Shown: positions 23,939-37,432 of the stretch, piece by piece | Layout: each line of letters opens with the position of its first letter | Numbering within the stretch: position 1 is the first letter of the stretch | Source of the DNA: Nemertoderma westbladi | Lineage: Eukaryota > Animalia > Xenacoelomorpha | Length of the DNA stretch: 57,357 bases | Reading direction: 5' to 3' | Assembly: GCA_032718475.1 (NCBI GenBank) | Contig: JAUCBJ010001030.1 | Span: forward strand, 1 to 57,357 | Notes under the pieces: generated by a model | Seen by the model: the letters and a program-made list of their open reading frames with translations, nothing else | The model's database searches: none | What the model was told of the DNA's origin: nothing | Position numbers and translations under genes: made by a program

Positions 23939-24339
23939 GTAAGTTCAGTAAATACTAAATATAGTACCTGTACTCTATCCACAATATAGGGCAGCGGTTT
24001 CACTGCGGGTATACTTTGTATTTGGAAATATAAATTTAGTTTAAATAAATTGTTAGGGAAAATTGAAATTTGAAACTGAAATTACATGGCAATCCAGATA
24101 TATTGGTTGGCTTTTTTGTAATTTTTTTGAGTCCATGGCGCAAAATAACCAAAAACACAATTAATTTTAGTGGGTTTTAAAATCTAACTAATTCTAACCA
24201 AAACAATAAACTATCTATACATTATTTCACTTGCGGTCAATGTAAAAAACTAAACCCGTAAAAAACTTATTTGCAACACCTAGTATTGTTACTGTAACTA
24301 TGGCTACTGTAAGTAAGTACAAATGCTTTCTCATTGTAG

Positions 24340-24520
24340 TCCTGGGATTACGATGTGTTTCGTTTCCGTCGGATATTCTATTCCAACAACATCCCCTTGT
24401 TCGTTACCCCTGGCAACCACGACATTGGCTTCCACTACATCGCAAAGGGAAACTCATTTCTATCGCAGAGATTCTATTGGGAGTTTAATACAACCGGCGC
24501 TGCCATGGTAACAGTTAAAG
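24340..24520 (+). CDS. MPPE1: MPPE1 exon 3
   Basis: tag acceptor; contains PGNHDIGFHY (GNHD motif); gt donor in phase with exon 4. Confidence 0.9.
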
Positions 24521-24589
24521 GTACATTGTGGGTAAAATATGTGCGTTGGTTAGCAGATTGGGATGGGGTCTTATTGGGACAAATATTGT

Positions 24590-24768
24590 TTTTGGTTAAT
24601 TATCCCGTATCAATGTTAAATAATAAATTAAGGAAAAGGATCATATCACGTTATTCTAACCAAAACAATAAATTATGCTCAATAAAACAGGTTACAGTTG
24701 TATTTTTGAGTGTTAACAGCTGTTATTTGCGTCTAATTTCCCCTGGAGAGGGATGAGTTTGTATTGCT
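24590..24768 (+). repeat. Dispersed repeat (second copy at about 33670-33852, partial at about 41495-41545)
   Basis: Shared blocks cacgttatt.taaccaaaacaataaa and atttcccctggagagggatga. Confidence 0.75.
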
Positions 24769-24945
24769 ACAACCCAGACCCCCCCCCCCCCCCCCCACCC
24801 CCCCTCTCCTCTCCTTATATGTTATTATTTTTCTCCACCTAAACAAATAAGCCTAATTTATAGTTATTTTTATACCATTTTTATAACAAAACCACAACTG
24901 GAATTATCAACAGTTCCAATATTAATGGCTCTGCATCTCATTTAG

Positions 24946-25067
24946 GTTTGTCCTTCGTTTTGCTCAACTCGATGGGGACCGTAGGCGACTCAGGCTGTGG
25001 TCTCTGTGCCGATACGATGTCAGACGTTTACGACGTTGCCAGGCAACTGCGATGTCCCAACAGTCCT
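24946..25067 (+). CDS. MPPE1: MPPE1 exon 4
   Basis: GLSFVLLNSMGTVGDSGCGLC...LRC; ag and gtaagt boundaries. Confidence 0.88.
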
Positions 25068-25761
25068 GTAAGTATTAATGAATTTATTTATTTAGTATAT
25101 TTATTTGTTAGTCAAGCTATAAGTAAAACCTTACCGGTAGCGGTAGATAATCAGCTACCAACAGTGAGGGGCGGCGGTTTCGCCCCAGAAAAGTCCAGAA
25201 GCTACGAGCAGCTACTATAGAGTGTCACGAGACGAGTTCCAAAGGGAGAAGAGAGAGGCGCTGTGAAACTCTAACTTCTTAGTTTCGCTCTTGAAGATTT
25301 TATACTTTTGGTAGCATCAACCTGTTGGCTGATGACCTCTGCTTTATCGTTCTACTCCTTTGTTCAATGCCTCTCGCAGGTCTAGAATGCGTTGCCCAGG
25401 GGATCTTGTTCAACTATAGTTATGTAGAGGGACAGTTTTCTTTGCAGCTTACTTTACTGTTGCAGCGAACTGATACTATTTCTCAGAGTGGTTCCTTTCT
25501 TCGGTACACTTTCACATTCGCACTATTTCTTCTCCCTTTGGAACTCATTTCGCATACCATGTAGAACTTCGCACCCTATCTGGTGCGAGAAAACTACCGA
25601 TCAACGGGTCAACTGACTGCCATCATCCGATCACTGGTTTGATGGAACTCTGGTCTTTACCAACTTACTGGACTGGTGATGTTTGTAATTCATGAAATAA
25701 TCAAATCAAACAAGACATTTTTTTGGATAATTAAGTATTTTTGCATCCTATTAATTGTTAA

Positions 25762-25799
25762 AACTTTTTGTTGGGCACAGCTGTGCCCAACAAAAAGTT
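25762..25799. repeat. Perfect 38-bp palindrome, probably the end of a non-autonomous element
   Basis: aactttttgttgggcacag|ctgtgcccaacaaaaagtt. Confidence 0.9.
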
Positions 25800-26926
25800 A
25801 TAATGGTTCAACCCCCAGTGACACGCTTTCTCTTTTTTTTTCCATTTCTGAACAAAAACCATAATATTAAATAATAATTCGAAACCACTCATTCACCAAA
25901 ACACCAACAATAAATTTATTATTAAGAAACTCGTATTTCATCGAGTAACACTCGGAAAAAGTGCATACGATGCCTTAAATTCGAAACAATATTGGAACAA
26001 TGGTGTTGTATACCACTAGAAAGCCCATTAAATTTGCAGTCAAACAGTATAGTATACTCACGAACATGATTACATAGATACACGGAACTTGATGAGCCAC
26101 CAAAGCCTGTTTTTTAATTTATAGCTAAAATTTTTCCTCCAAGAGAATTATGAGGTAAAACCCCTTTTACTTTTTTATGTTCGAATTAATTATATTTGAA
26201 TTTGAATCACATCAATTTATGCAGCAGAATTTTGGAAAAAAATGAATCAAATTCATTTAATAGCTTTGAAGTTATAGGTTGATAAGTATCTCCAAACATG
26301 GGTGTTTGACCATAAATGTCCATCCCTGTAGCTGTAACCATGGTTTGCAAACGCAGAACTGCAAAATGCAAATTTGTTTGAACTAGATACTAGGAACCAT
26401 GACCATATTTAGATCACCCGCCAGTCAAGCTTTCTAATGATATTATAATACACGTACCCTCCTATAATTCCATCGCCTGTGTAAACCAATGCATACCATA
26501 AAACGTCCCCGACCTGTAACCGCCTGTAACCGGCTCTCATTACATTTACATGGAAGGTTACAGGAGGACAAATGTCCCACGCCTGTAACCAATTATCCTA
26601 TTAAAATAATGGTTACAGGCAGTGGACAGGAAGGGACAAGCAGTATATTTTTTTTACAGATCATGTTTAAGGTCGGCCAATACTCTCATTGAATTCTACA
26701 GACTCTGAGCTTTCAGAATATATATCATATGTTGGGTTTTAAGAAACTTTATTTTTTGCTAAAAAAATGTCTCCAATTTGGCAACTTTTCTGTGTTTTCA
26801 CCCATTGTAATGTTGATAAACTGCGCTTTAATTTTTATACATAACTTTGTTATTTGATTTATATTATTTACTGTAAGTTGGGATACCCTATTTTATATTT
26901 AATCTATTATTTTGTTTATTTTTCAG

Positions 26927-27112
26927 ACGACCGATATATTTTCGTGCCCACCGCCTTCCAACCCACCCGTTCTGCTACTCCATACCCCCCTCCATCGGCT
27001 CAATGACTCCATCTGTTGGCAAACAACCAATAGCGAGGACGGACCTCCTGTTAATCAACCAATCACGAACCGAGTTGACTACGACGTCATAAATAAGAAC
27101 ACTTCCTTACTG
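26927..27112 (+). CDS. MPPE1: MPPE1 exon 5
   Basis: ttttcag acceptor; PVLLLHTPLHRLNDSIC...YDVI; gttag donor. Confidence 0.85.
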
Positions 27113-27398
27113 GTTAGCCACAGTTTTACGAATAGACACTACTACAGTAGATCTCTCCTCGGCGCTGCAGCAGCATTGATCCGTAATCCGTTCGTTAATA
27201 AAAGCGATAATTCTACTTCTACGCGTCGATACAATTGATTCTTGGCATTTTGTGACATAAATTCATCACTGTTACCGCACTGTACTGTATTACCGTCTTA
27301 CAATGCCGCTTTAGATAATATTTGAATAATAATAACTGGCAGATTGAAACGTTTGTGCACTTTAGGAATGTTATGTAGGCCTACATCCTGTTTTATAG

Positions 27399-27557
27399 CT
27401 TCTGAGTTTATTGCGTCCTCGACTTGTTGTATCCGGTCACCAGCATTGGGCCTGCCGCGTCCACCATAAGAGTCCGTCACCGGAAGTGGTTTCTATACCG
27501 GAAGTCACGGTTGGATCGTTTAACTGGAGGAATAGAGTTAATCCTTCGTTCCTATTG
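27399..27557 (+). CDS. MPPE1: MPPE1 exon 6
   Basis: [19 protein letters not shown]...[19 protein letters not shown] (GHxH motif); ag and gttagt boundaries. Confidence 0.9.
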
Positions 27558-27733
27558 GTTAGTGTTCGTTCCTATTAGAAGGAATTCTATCAATCTAATA
27601 GCGAATATTATACTGTAACATTTTATTTTACTACGAAAAATTGTATAAATCCGAGCTGGCGAGGTTTTCTGAAAGGGATAAGCTATTTTGATTTCTTTTT
27701 CATACATTTCGTCGCCCTTTTCTTCTTCTTCAC

Positions 27734-28901
27734 GTTAACGAGTTCAAGTTAACGAGTTCAAGTTAACGATTTCAAGTTAACGAGTTCAAGTTAACGAGTT
27801 CAAGTTAACGAGTTCAAGTTAACGAGTTCAAGTTAACGAGTTCAAGTTAACGAGTTCAAGTTAACGAGTTCAAGTTAACGAGTTCAAGTTAACGAGTTCA
27901 AGTTAACGAGTTCAAGTTAACGAGTTCAAGTTAACGAGTTCAAGTTAACGAGTTCAAGTTAACGAGTTCAAGTTAACGATTTCAAGTTAACGAGTTCAAG
28001 TTAACGAGTTCAAGTTAACGAGTTCAAGTTAACGAGTTCAAGTTAACAAGTTCAAGTTAACAAGTTCAAGTTAACGAGTTCAAGTTAACGAGTTCAAGTT
28101 AACGAGTTCAGGTTAACGAGTTCAAGTTAACGAGTTCAAGTTAACGAGTTCAAGTTAACGAGTTCAAGTTAACGAGTTCAAGTTAACGAGTTCAAGTTAA
28201 CGAGTTCAAGTTAACGAGTTCAAGTTAACGAGTTCAAGTTAACGAGTTCAAGTTAACGAGTTCAAGTTAACGAGTTCAAGTTAACGAGTTCAAGTTAACG
28301 AGTTCAAGTTAACGAGTTCAAGTTAACGAGTTCAAGTTAACGAGTTCAAGTTAACAAGTTCAAGTTAACGAGTTCAAGTTAACGAGTTCAAGTTAACGAG
28401 TTCAAGTTAACGAGTTCAAGTTAACGAGTTCAAGTTAACGAGTTCAAGTTAACGAGTTCAAGTTAACGAGTTCAAGTTAACGAGTTCAAGTTAACGAGTT
28501 CAAGTTAACGAATTCAAGTTAACGAGTTCAAGTTAACGAGTTCAAGTTAACGAGTTCAAGTTAACGAGTTCAAGTTAACGAGTTCAAGTTAACGAGTTCA
28601 AGTTAACGAGTTCAAGTTAACGAGTTCAAGTTAACGAGTTCAAGTTAACAAGTTCAAGTTAACGAGTTCAAGTTAACGAGTTCAAGTTAACGAGTTCAAG
28701 TTAACGAGTTCAAGTTAACGAGTTCAAGTTAACGAGTTCAAGTTAACGAGTTCAAGTTAACAAGTTCAAGTTAACGAATTCAAGTTAACGAGTTTAAGTT
28801 AACGAGTTTAAGTTAACGAGTTCAAGTTAACGAGTTCAAGTTAACGAGTTCAAGTTAACGAGTTCAAGTTAACGAGTTCAAGTTAACGAGTTTAAGTTAA
28901 C
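27734..28901. repeat. 14-bp tandem repeat in the last MPPE1 intron
   Basis: Unit gttaacgagttcaa, about 83 highly homogeneous copies. Confidence 0.98.
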
Positions 28902-28938
28902 CTTTTCATTTATTCCGATTTTTACTTATTCCCCTTAG

Positions 28939-29106
28939 GCTTCACTTTCGGATGATTCCTTTCGTACTCACACATGCCATCTACCGTTTGAATACAGCAT
29001 TGTATTGTCCTACGTGTTCGGCTTCTGTTTAATTCTAACATTAGTTATAAGCCTCCAGCTGTGTAGACGCCGTCATCGGTACAACCTGTTACGGAAGGTG
29101 GTGTGA
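28939..29106 (+). CDS. MPPE1: MPPE1 exon 7 (C-terminal transmembrane segment and tail)
   Basis: ccccttag acceptor; ASLSDDSFRTHTCHLPFEYSIVLSYVFGFCLILTLVISLQLCRRRHRYNLLRKVV*. The exon lengths total 1149 nt, giving 382 aa. Confidence 0.85.
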   Translation, partial: ASLSDDSFRTHTCHLPFEYSIVLSYVFGFCLILTLVISLQLCRRRHRYNLLRKVV

Positions 29107-31817
29107 TCTCGGCCATTGGTACAACGTGTTACGGGAGGTCGTGTGATCGCGGCCATTGGTACAACCTGTTACGGAAGGTCCTCCGATCGCGGCCATTGGT
29201 ACAACCTGTTACGGAAGGTCCTCCGATTGCGGCCATTGGTACAACCTTTTACGGAAGGTCGTGTGATCGCGGCCATTGGTACAACCAGTTACGGGAGGTC
29301 GTGTGATCGCGGCCATTGGTACAACCTGTTACGGGAGGTCGTGTGATCGCGGCCAATGGTACAACCTGTTACGGAAGGTCGTGTGATCGCGGCCATTGGT
29401 ACAACCTGTTACGGGAGGTGATCGCGGCCATTGGTACAATCTGTTACGGAAGGTCGTGTGATCGCGGCCATTGGTACAATCTGTTACGGAAGGTCGTGTG
29501 ATCGCGGCCATTGGTACAACCTTTTACGGAAGGTCGTGTGATCGCGGCCAATGGTACAATCTGTTACGGAAGGTCGTGTGATCGCGGCCATTGGTACAAT
29601 CTGTTACGGAAGGTCGTGTGATCGCGGCCATTGGTACAATCTGTTACGGAAGGTCGTGTGATCGCGGCCATCTGTACAACCAGTTACGGGAGGTCGTGTG
29701 ATCGCGGCCATTGGTACAACCTTTTACGGAAGGTCGTGTGATCGCGGCCATTGGTACAACCTGTTACGGGAGGTCGTGTGATCGCGGCCATTGGTACAAT
29801 CTGTTACGGAAGGTCGTGTGATCGCGGCCATTGGTACAACCTGTTACGGGAGGTCGTGTGATCGCGGCCATTGGTACAACCTTTTACGGAAGGTCGTGTG
29901 ATCGCGGCCATTGGTACAACCTGTTACGGGAGGTGATCGCGGCCATTGGTACAACCTGTTACGGAAGGTCGTGTGATCGCGGCCATTGGTACAACCTTTT
30001 ACGGAAGGTCGTGTGATCGCGGCCATTGGTACAACCTGTTACGGAAGGTCGTGTGATCGCGGCCATTGGTACAATCTGTTACGGGAGGTGATCGCGACCA
30101 TCGGTACAACCAGTTACGGAAGGTCGTGTGATCGCGGCCATTGGTACAACCTGTTACGGGAGGTGATCGCGACCATCGGTACAACCAGTTACGGAAGGTC
30201 GTGTGATCGCGGCCATTGGTACAACCTGTTACGGGAGGTGATCGCGGCCATTGGTACAACCTGTTACGGAAGGTCGTGTGATCGCGGCCATTGGTACAAC
30301 CTTTTACGGAAGGTCGTGTGATCTCGGCCATTGGTACAACCTGTTACGGAAGGTCGTGTGATCGCGGCCATTGGTACAATCTGTTACGGAAGGTCGTGTG
30401 ATCGCGGCCATTGGTACAACCAGTTACGGGAGGTCGTGTGATCGCGGCCATTGGTACAACCAGTTACGGGAGGTCGTGTGATCGCGGCCATTGGTACAAT
30501 CTGTTACGGAAGGTCGTGTGATCGCGGCCATCGGTACAACCAGTTACGGGAGGTCGTGTGATCGCGGCCATTGGTACAACCTTTTACGGAAGGTCGTGTG
30601 ATCGCGGCCATTGGTACAACCTGTTACGGAAGGTCATGTGATCGCGGCCATTGGTACAATCTGTTACGGGAGGTGATCGCGACCATCGGTACAACCTGTT
30701 ACGGAAGGTCGTGTGATCGCGGCCATTGGTACAATCTGTTACGGAAGGTCGTGTGATCGCGGCCATTGGTACAACCTGTTACGGAAGGTCATGTGATCGC
30801 GGCCATTGGTACAATCTGTTACGGGAGGTGATTGCGACCATTGGTAGAACCTGTTACGGAAGGTCGTGTGATCGCGGCCATTGGTACAACCTGTTACGGA
30901 AGGTCGTGTGATCGCGGCCATTGGTACAATCTGTTACGGAAGGTCGTGTGATCGCGGCCATTGGTACAACAAGTTACGGGAGGTCGTGTGATCGCGGCCA
31001 TTGGTACAATCTGTTACGGAAGGTCGTGTGATCGCGGCCATTGGTACAACCTGTTACGGAAGGTCGTGTGATCGCGGCCATTGGTACAATCTGTTACGGA
31101 AGGTCGTGTGATCGCGGCCATTGGTACAACCAGTTACGGGAGGTCGTGTGATCGCGGCCATTGGTACAATCTGTTACGGAAGGTCGTGTGATCGCGGCCA
31201 TTGGTACAACCAGTTACGGGAGGTCGTGTGATCGCGGCCATTGGTACAACCAGTTACGGGAGGTCGTGTGATCGCGGCCATTGGTACAATCTGTTACGGA
31301 AGGTCGTGTGATCGCGGCCATCGGTACAACCAGTTACGGGAGGTCGTGTGATCGCGGCCATTGGTACAACCAGTTACGGGAGGTCGTGTGATCGCGGCCA
31401 TTGGTACAATCTGTTACGGAAGGTCGTGTGATCGCGGCCATCGGTACAACCAGTTACGGAAGGTCGTGTGATCGCGGCCATCGGTACAACCTGTTACGGA
31501 AGGTCGTGTGATCGCGGCCATTGGTACAACCAGTTACGGAAGGTCGTGTGATCGCGGCCATTGGTACAACCTGTTACGGGAGGTCGTGTGATCGCGGCCA
31601 TTGGTACAATCTGTTACGGGAGGTCGTGTGATCGCGGCCATTGGTACAACCAGTTACGGGAGGTCGTGTGATCGCGGCCATTGGTACAACCAGTTACGGG
31701 AGGTCGTGTGATCGCGGCCATCGGTACAACCAGTTACGGGAGGTCGTGTGATCGCGGCCATCGGTACAACCAGTTACGGGAGGTCGTGTGATCGCGGCCA
31801 TTGGTACAACCTTTTAC
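29073..31817 (+). repeat. 40-bp tandem repeat overlapping the MPPE1 stop codon
   Basis: Unit cattggtacaacctgttacggaaggtcgtgtgatcgcggc, about 69 copies, with interspersed 35-bp deletion variants. Confidence 0.98.
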
Positions 31818-32410
31818 CATGCGTTCTGTTTAGAAGATTATCGGTAATGGTCGATATTCTACCCTGATTGTCGGAGACAGTTGAAGTCGCCAATACTTTA
31901 AACTTGATTTATTATATATCCTCCATACTATTATGTCTGAAAACACCTACATAAAGACAATTTATTCCATTATTAATATATAATACTATTATAATTTGTC
32001 TGGTAGCTATATTTTATAGAAATATTCCCAATATCGTATTTTGAATCCAGAATTTTTCCTATTTTTCTATTTTTCTTACTTTTCTATTTTTATATCCATT
32101 TTATTTGGCCAATATTTTTTATTGAATAATATTTTATTATAGTGATCTTTATTATTACTACTTTGATATTCCTTATTCAATAGAAATTGCTACGGTATAC
32201 TATAATACTACTCATGTTCACTAAATTGTTCTACATGCGATTAGCACCACGTGATTTATACATATTATTATACCAATTATTTTGTTATAAAAATTAAATT
32301 TTTTTACTTTCATATTTTAGTAACATTATAACTATTTACGTAAAGTGGGTGAGTGAAAGTAAAGCCACAAGAACCGGAACACTAAAGTTCTTTGCAACAA
32401 GTATATAGAA

Positions 32411-32765
32411 TCCTTTATATATATTCATTATTAATGCAACATTACGAAACATAACATTTTAGAATTTGAATCGATAGCGCCTCAGAGCAGAAAACGTTTG
32501 ACGTTCATTTTAATTCATTCAACGTACCCGTACATTCGTATCTGACGTAGCACATGACTTTGCTTCTTGAGTGACAAACTTTATTTATCATTGATATTAA
32601 AGGCCGACGGTGCCCGCGACTGGTGATATTCAAATAGAAACCGTAGAAAAAATAACGCTGGGGCCTAGATTCGAACCAGGGACCTCTCAAACCACTCGAA
32701 CCCTAGCTCCAGAGCAAATAGTTCAGGTTAAAGCGCCAAATATTAGTTTCGTTTGCTTTTCCTAG
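32411..32765 (+). mobile_element. Possible non-autonomous Helitron
   Basis: Starts a|TCctttatatatat and ends CTAG|t, with a B-box-like segment on the minus strand. No clear 3' hairpin. Confidence 0.35.
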
Positions 32766-35700
32766 TATATCTTCCCATATACCTATATCATTAAGCCAAG
32801 ATATACAGTAGATGTTATTCAACGTGTAAATAAATATGTTCAATGATGATGTAATATTGTTCACGAACTGCTCTAATTCTTATGTTACACCGTAAGCCGA
32901 GAACCCATGCCCGAGCGTTATTAGCATCTGGGTACTGTGTTGAATTGATTTGACGAACAACATATGTCGTAGATTCCCCGTGGAAGCGGAATTAATCGGG
33001 ACTGGAATCGTGATTTTCGTTTGTTTACCTCTAACTCCACCCCAGCGCCCTTTTATGTTGCCCATATTTATTCATCGTATTGCTAAATATCCATATGCCA
33101 TATGGCGTTTAACGCTTCGTGTATTAATTATAACCATGGGTTCGGAGGTCCTTCCCTTAACATGGGATCTATGCATCCATACAACACACTTTGAAGGAAG
33201 ATTTTTTATTGTTGGTGTTTACGTCGTTTTATATCATTATCACCAGGGGGTGAAACAAATTCCAGCCTTAAATTGTTGGAATTGCAGTTTGTCCTATTGA
33301 AGGTTCTATAAGAATTTTATATTTCTGTAATTTGTCGGTCACGGAAAAATTATCCACAGAAAAATGTAAATAACTCCACATCCTCACCTCACGGAACTTA
33401 CCGTTTATGCCGTGCTTTCATTGCACTTTCAGTTTATGCTGGGCAATTTCACGGTACTTTGTAAATGGCCCGTTATCTTCTAAGTCAGGCAATTAATTTC
33501 ACTAACCGGACGCGGACAATTAGCTAACTGGGCAGTATCTCCAAATTAAGTGCGTTGTTGAATAATAGATAACTGGGAAGTTTGTTGCCGGGCAGTTATC
33601 AGAAATTATAGAGCGGAATTGACTTCAGAGAATGAGACAGGGCGGAAACTGGACGCAAATCCCATCTTGGCGAATTAATATCCCGCCTCAATGTTAAATT
33701 ATCAATTTAGGGAAATGAGCAGGTTACAGTGGCACGTTATTTTAACCAAAACAATAAACTAAACACAATAGAACAGGTTACAGTTTTATTTTTGAGAGTA
33801 ATCATGTTATTTGCGTCGAATTTCCCCTGGAGAGGGATGAATTTTTATTGCGTCCAGATCCCCGTCCTATCTGCAGAGAATGCAGACCAACTGTTCCCAA
33901 CTTATCGGTAAGCTATTATATAGCACATATATATCACATATCACGGTACAACCTCATCAGATTCAATTTATGCTATTTTACATGTAATTAAAATTCATAT
34001 ATAATTAATATTATTGTTTCTGTTTAATAGGAGGGTGTGGGTGGTACTCCCAAAAACAGAGTTTATTTAAACGTTTCTTTTTTCTTATAATCGGGTAATT
34101 TTACATTTTATGCAGTCCAGGCAATGAACATGAAATAATTCAATAGATATTGTTTTTTTTGGTGTCCTCTAACGGCCAGCAAAGAAAATATTTATTTGAC
34201 AAAAAGTCAGTCTTAGATAAAATTCTGATTCCCGGAATTCGTCTGACTTTCACTTTGTCTGACTGTCTGTCATCCTCTTAACTTATACTACCCCCACCCC
34301 ATCACCAAATATTTGTTAAGCCTAGGTAAGTATTAAGGTTCTCGATGGTATTAATTTTTCTAAAAAAAATTACTTCTAATTAATTAAGTAATGGTAACTC
34401 CTTGAGCTGATAACCTTCTTTATTTCTTTCTGGCTAAAATTACATTTTAGTTCAAAACAATCGGAAACAAAATTATATATATGGTTGCACAATTTTAATT
34501 TAACCCGTAATATTCACGTTATAACGCCTGTCAATCATTTTTACCAATGAGATTTACCCCTAGGGTGTCACCGCTCGCATCCTACTGTACATAGAACACA
34601 CAGCACGTTGAGATGTTTAATATATTTAAATCTATGAGAATTAAGTAGGGCTTACTCTATGTTGGGTTCAAACGTCATTTTAAACAGGGGCGGAGGCAGA
34701 TGGCTATGGGCTATGTCATACATGTAAGCAGGGACGTGTTGTTATTTGTGTAGCTGTCTCACTTAGCCGGCTTAATAAATATTTGGATAAATAATACCGC
34801 TCCACCAATACAATTGTCACCATTCACCATTCTAGTGGTCTGGACGTACTGGTATATAAAGTGGTAGAACATTTTCCTCTGCTGATGAAAACAATTTTTC
34901 AAAAGAAGGTGGTTGATGGTAAATATGTTTTTACTTGCTATCTTGCTTCATGGCCTATCTTTGTGCGTTATGTATCTTATCTTTGTTTTATCTGTGCGGA
35001 CTGCCAATGATAGTAACAATGTGTTGGCAAGCTGTGCTAGGCAACCCCTAGATCCCTTCCTATAAACGGACTGCCAATGCCTCATGGTGCGGACTTTCCA
35101 AAATGACACCAGTCAGTTGGGGAAGTATATATGTTAACTTTAAATCCTTGAAAATGTATTATTTTATATTAATTAAATGATTATATAAATTAACTGGAGT
35201 TCCTTAATAAGCCTGAATAATAAAACTGGAAACTACAATAAAAATGAGACTTAACAGGTCAATCAGCTCTTCATTATTTTGTTCTAACTTGTGCCGATGG
35301 TGAGAGGAAACTTCCAAGAAATTCACATTCCTTAAGCGGATTCTTAAAGATAAGTGTTGGTATTGTATATGAGTATGTATGTATGTTTATAGAGAAATGA
35401 AGATGGGCGTTATGTATCCGGCATTTTAGCCATATTATTTTATGAAGCTCATTGTTTTACCACGATATATTTGCACTGAATCTATGTAACAATAACAACC
35501 AACACGTCACCTTCCCAATTACTTGAAGGACAGGGTTGAAATAACGGTGGACATAATAAATTCTGTGTCCGCCATTGGCTGATCACCCCAAATTTCCATT
35601 CTTTATCTTGTTTTCCATTGGTTGACTTATATTCAAAGCTGTTCTATAACTGAATTCATGAATTGTTTGCTTCTTTAGTCTGAAACTATTAAAAAACGAT

Positions 35701-35818
35701 TATTCTATAACAATTAATAGGTGATTAACGATTATTAATATTTTATTTTCCGCATTTAATTTGTTATAATAGTTAATTATTATTGAATGTTTATTATTAG
35801 ATTCTTGGAAAATGCATT

Positions 35819-35910
35819 CACTTGTTAGCTTTCAACCAGTTTATTTTATCACTCGTTAGCTTTCAACCAGTTTATTTTATCACTCGTTCGCTTTCAACCA
35901 GTTTATTTTT
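35819..35910. repeat. 31-bp tandem triplication
   Basis: cactcgttagctttcaaccagtttattttat, three copies. Confidence 0.85.
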
Positions 35911-36464
35911 ATGAAATGCATTTTTTTTATTTTAAATTATTTTATCTAATACAAAACAAATCGATATTTTTTCGAAACTTGTTATTTTCATGTATAAAAA
36001 TGTCATACTTACACGTGACGCTTTGTGCAAATGTTTCAATTGTTTTTCTTCCAATTACGAAAGCGTATAAGTTTTCAAACAAACACTAAAACACAAAAGC
36101 AGAAGCAGCATTTGGTTTTACATTTTTAAATTGTGACATCATTTTTTAATAAATAGAGTGGCACTAAACTTTTCAAAACATTTTAGTTTCTATTTTTCCC
36201 AAACCTTCCAATGGGTTTTTAGATAACAATTTATCGCGACATAAATTTACTACCGATTTTGTTATTTTATTTTCGCACCTCCTGCCTACTGCCTGCCTAT
36301 AAACCCGTTTGGGCTCATTAAATTGCCATACATTAATATATTGGCGATATTGGCCAAAATGTCTATAGTGTGATCAATGTAAAATGTTTACATAGCAGCA
36401 TAGTGCATGACCATTGGCCAATCACCTTATTAGCGCTTAGGTATAGCAAGTACAGCAAGAATAT

Positions 36465-37432
36465 TGTTCGAATTGTGGGGCGAGCCACGAAAGTAAGCGA
36501 GCTTAGCAACGGCTACCACTATCTCAATCGGTTTGTCTGTAGTTCTGTCGTTCCGTAGATACGTATAAATTTAAACGTTAATAACTCGGCTAATCCTCGA
36601 TGAATCTAACCAAACTTAGTACACATGTTGTTTGGCAAAAGTTTAGAAATTTTCCAAATAGAATTTGATTGGTGCCTTCAGCATGAGCACAACAACGAGG
36701 CTAATGAAGGAGACGAGTATTGTGTTGACTATACTCCTAAACAACCTGGTTTAGCATATTGGACGATATATCATTTTGATTAGTACCGGTGGTAAGGTGT
36801 TTTATGTGAGTTATTTTGATGTACAAGACGAGTGCAACGAGGGTTGTAATGAAGACGAGTCTGTGTTGACTATACTCCTAACGAGTATTGTTTTGATAAT
36901 ACTCATAAACCACATGGTTTAGCATATTGGACGTTTGTCATTTTGGTCAATACTAATAATATAATGTTGTAAGGTATATATTTGGTGACCAGTTCGGAAC
37001 AGGTTGTACAGGACGAACGCAACGAATTTTGCAGTGGATAAGAGTATCCAGCTGCCATACATCAGCAGTTACTCTCACAGTTTCGAGACTTTGCATAGTT
37101 ATAAAGGTCGTTAATCTCCGTTTAGGAAAATTATTTTAAGACAAAACAGGACGAGCGCAACGAGGCTAATGAAGGAGACAAGTATTGTAAAACAAAAATG
37201 TCGTACTTAACTAAAATAACCCAAGTTAGAAGGTTTACAAATGGCAGTTAAAGCGTGTATGGGCCAACTGAAATGGACCTCTGTTTTTACAACATTATTT
37301 TAACGCAAACTGAAAGCATCACTTATTCATCGGGAAAGACGCGGGTTTCGTATATCTAATAGATATTTCTACACTTTCTTATATAGGCTCTCGTGCTGCG
37401 CGAAGGCCCCACAACGTGCTTCTTTCTTCTTA
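36465..37432 (+). mobile_element. Helentron-associated (HINE/DINE-1-like) non-autonomous element
   Basis: Subterminal inverted repeat ttgtggggc ... gccccacaa, a short gtct/ccgt tract, and internal diverged tandem units containing gacgag.gcaacgag and ggtttagcatattggacg. Confidence 0.5.

Noticed and set aside
25250-25610. Decayed CR1/L2-type LINE fragment in MPPE1 intron 4
   Set aside because: Only a KIPW-like hint on the minus strand with many stops; cannot be supported by eye.
29073-31817. CRISPR array
   Set aside because: Monomers are directly adjacent with no unique spacers, there are no cas genes, and the context is eukaryotic. The same applies to the 14, 29, 31, 32 and 38-bp arrays.
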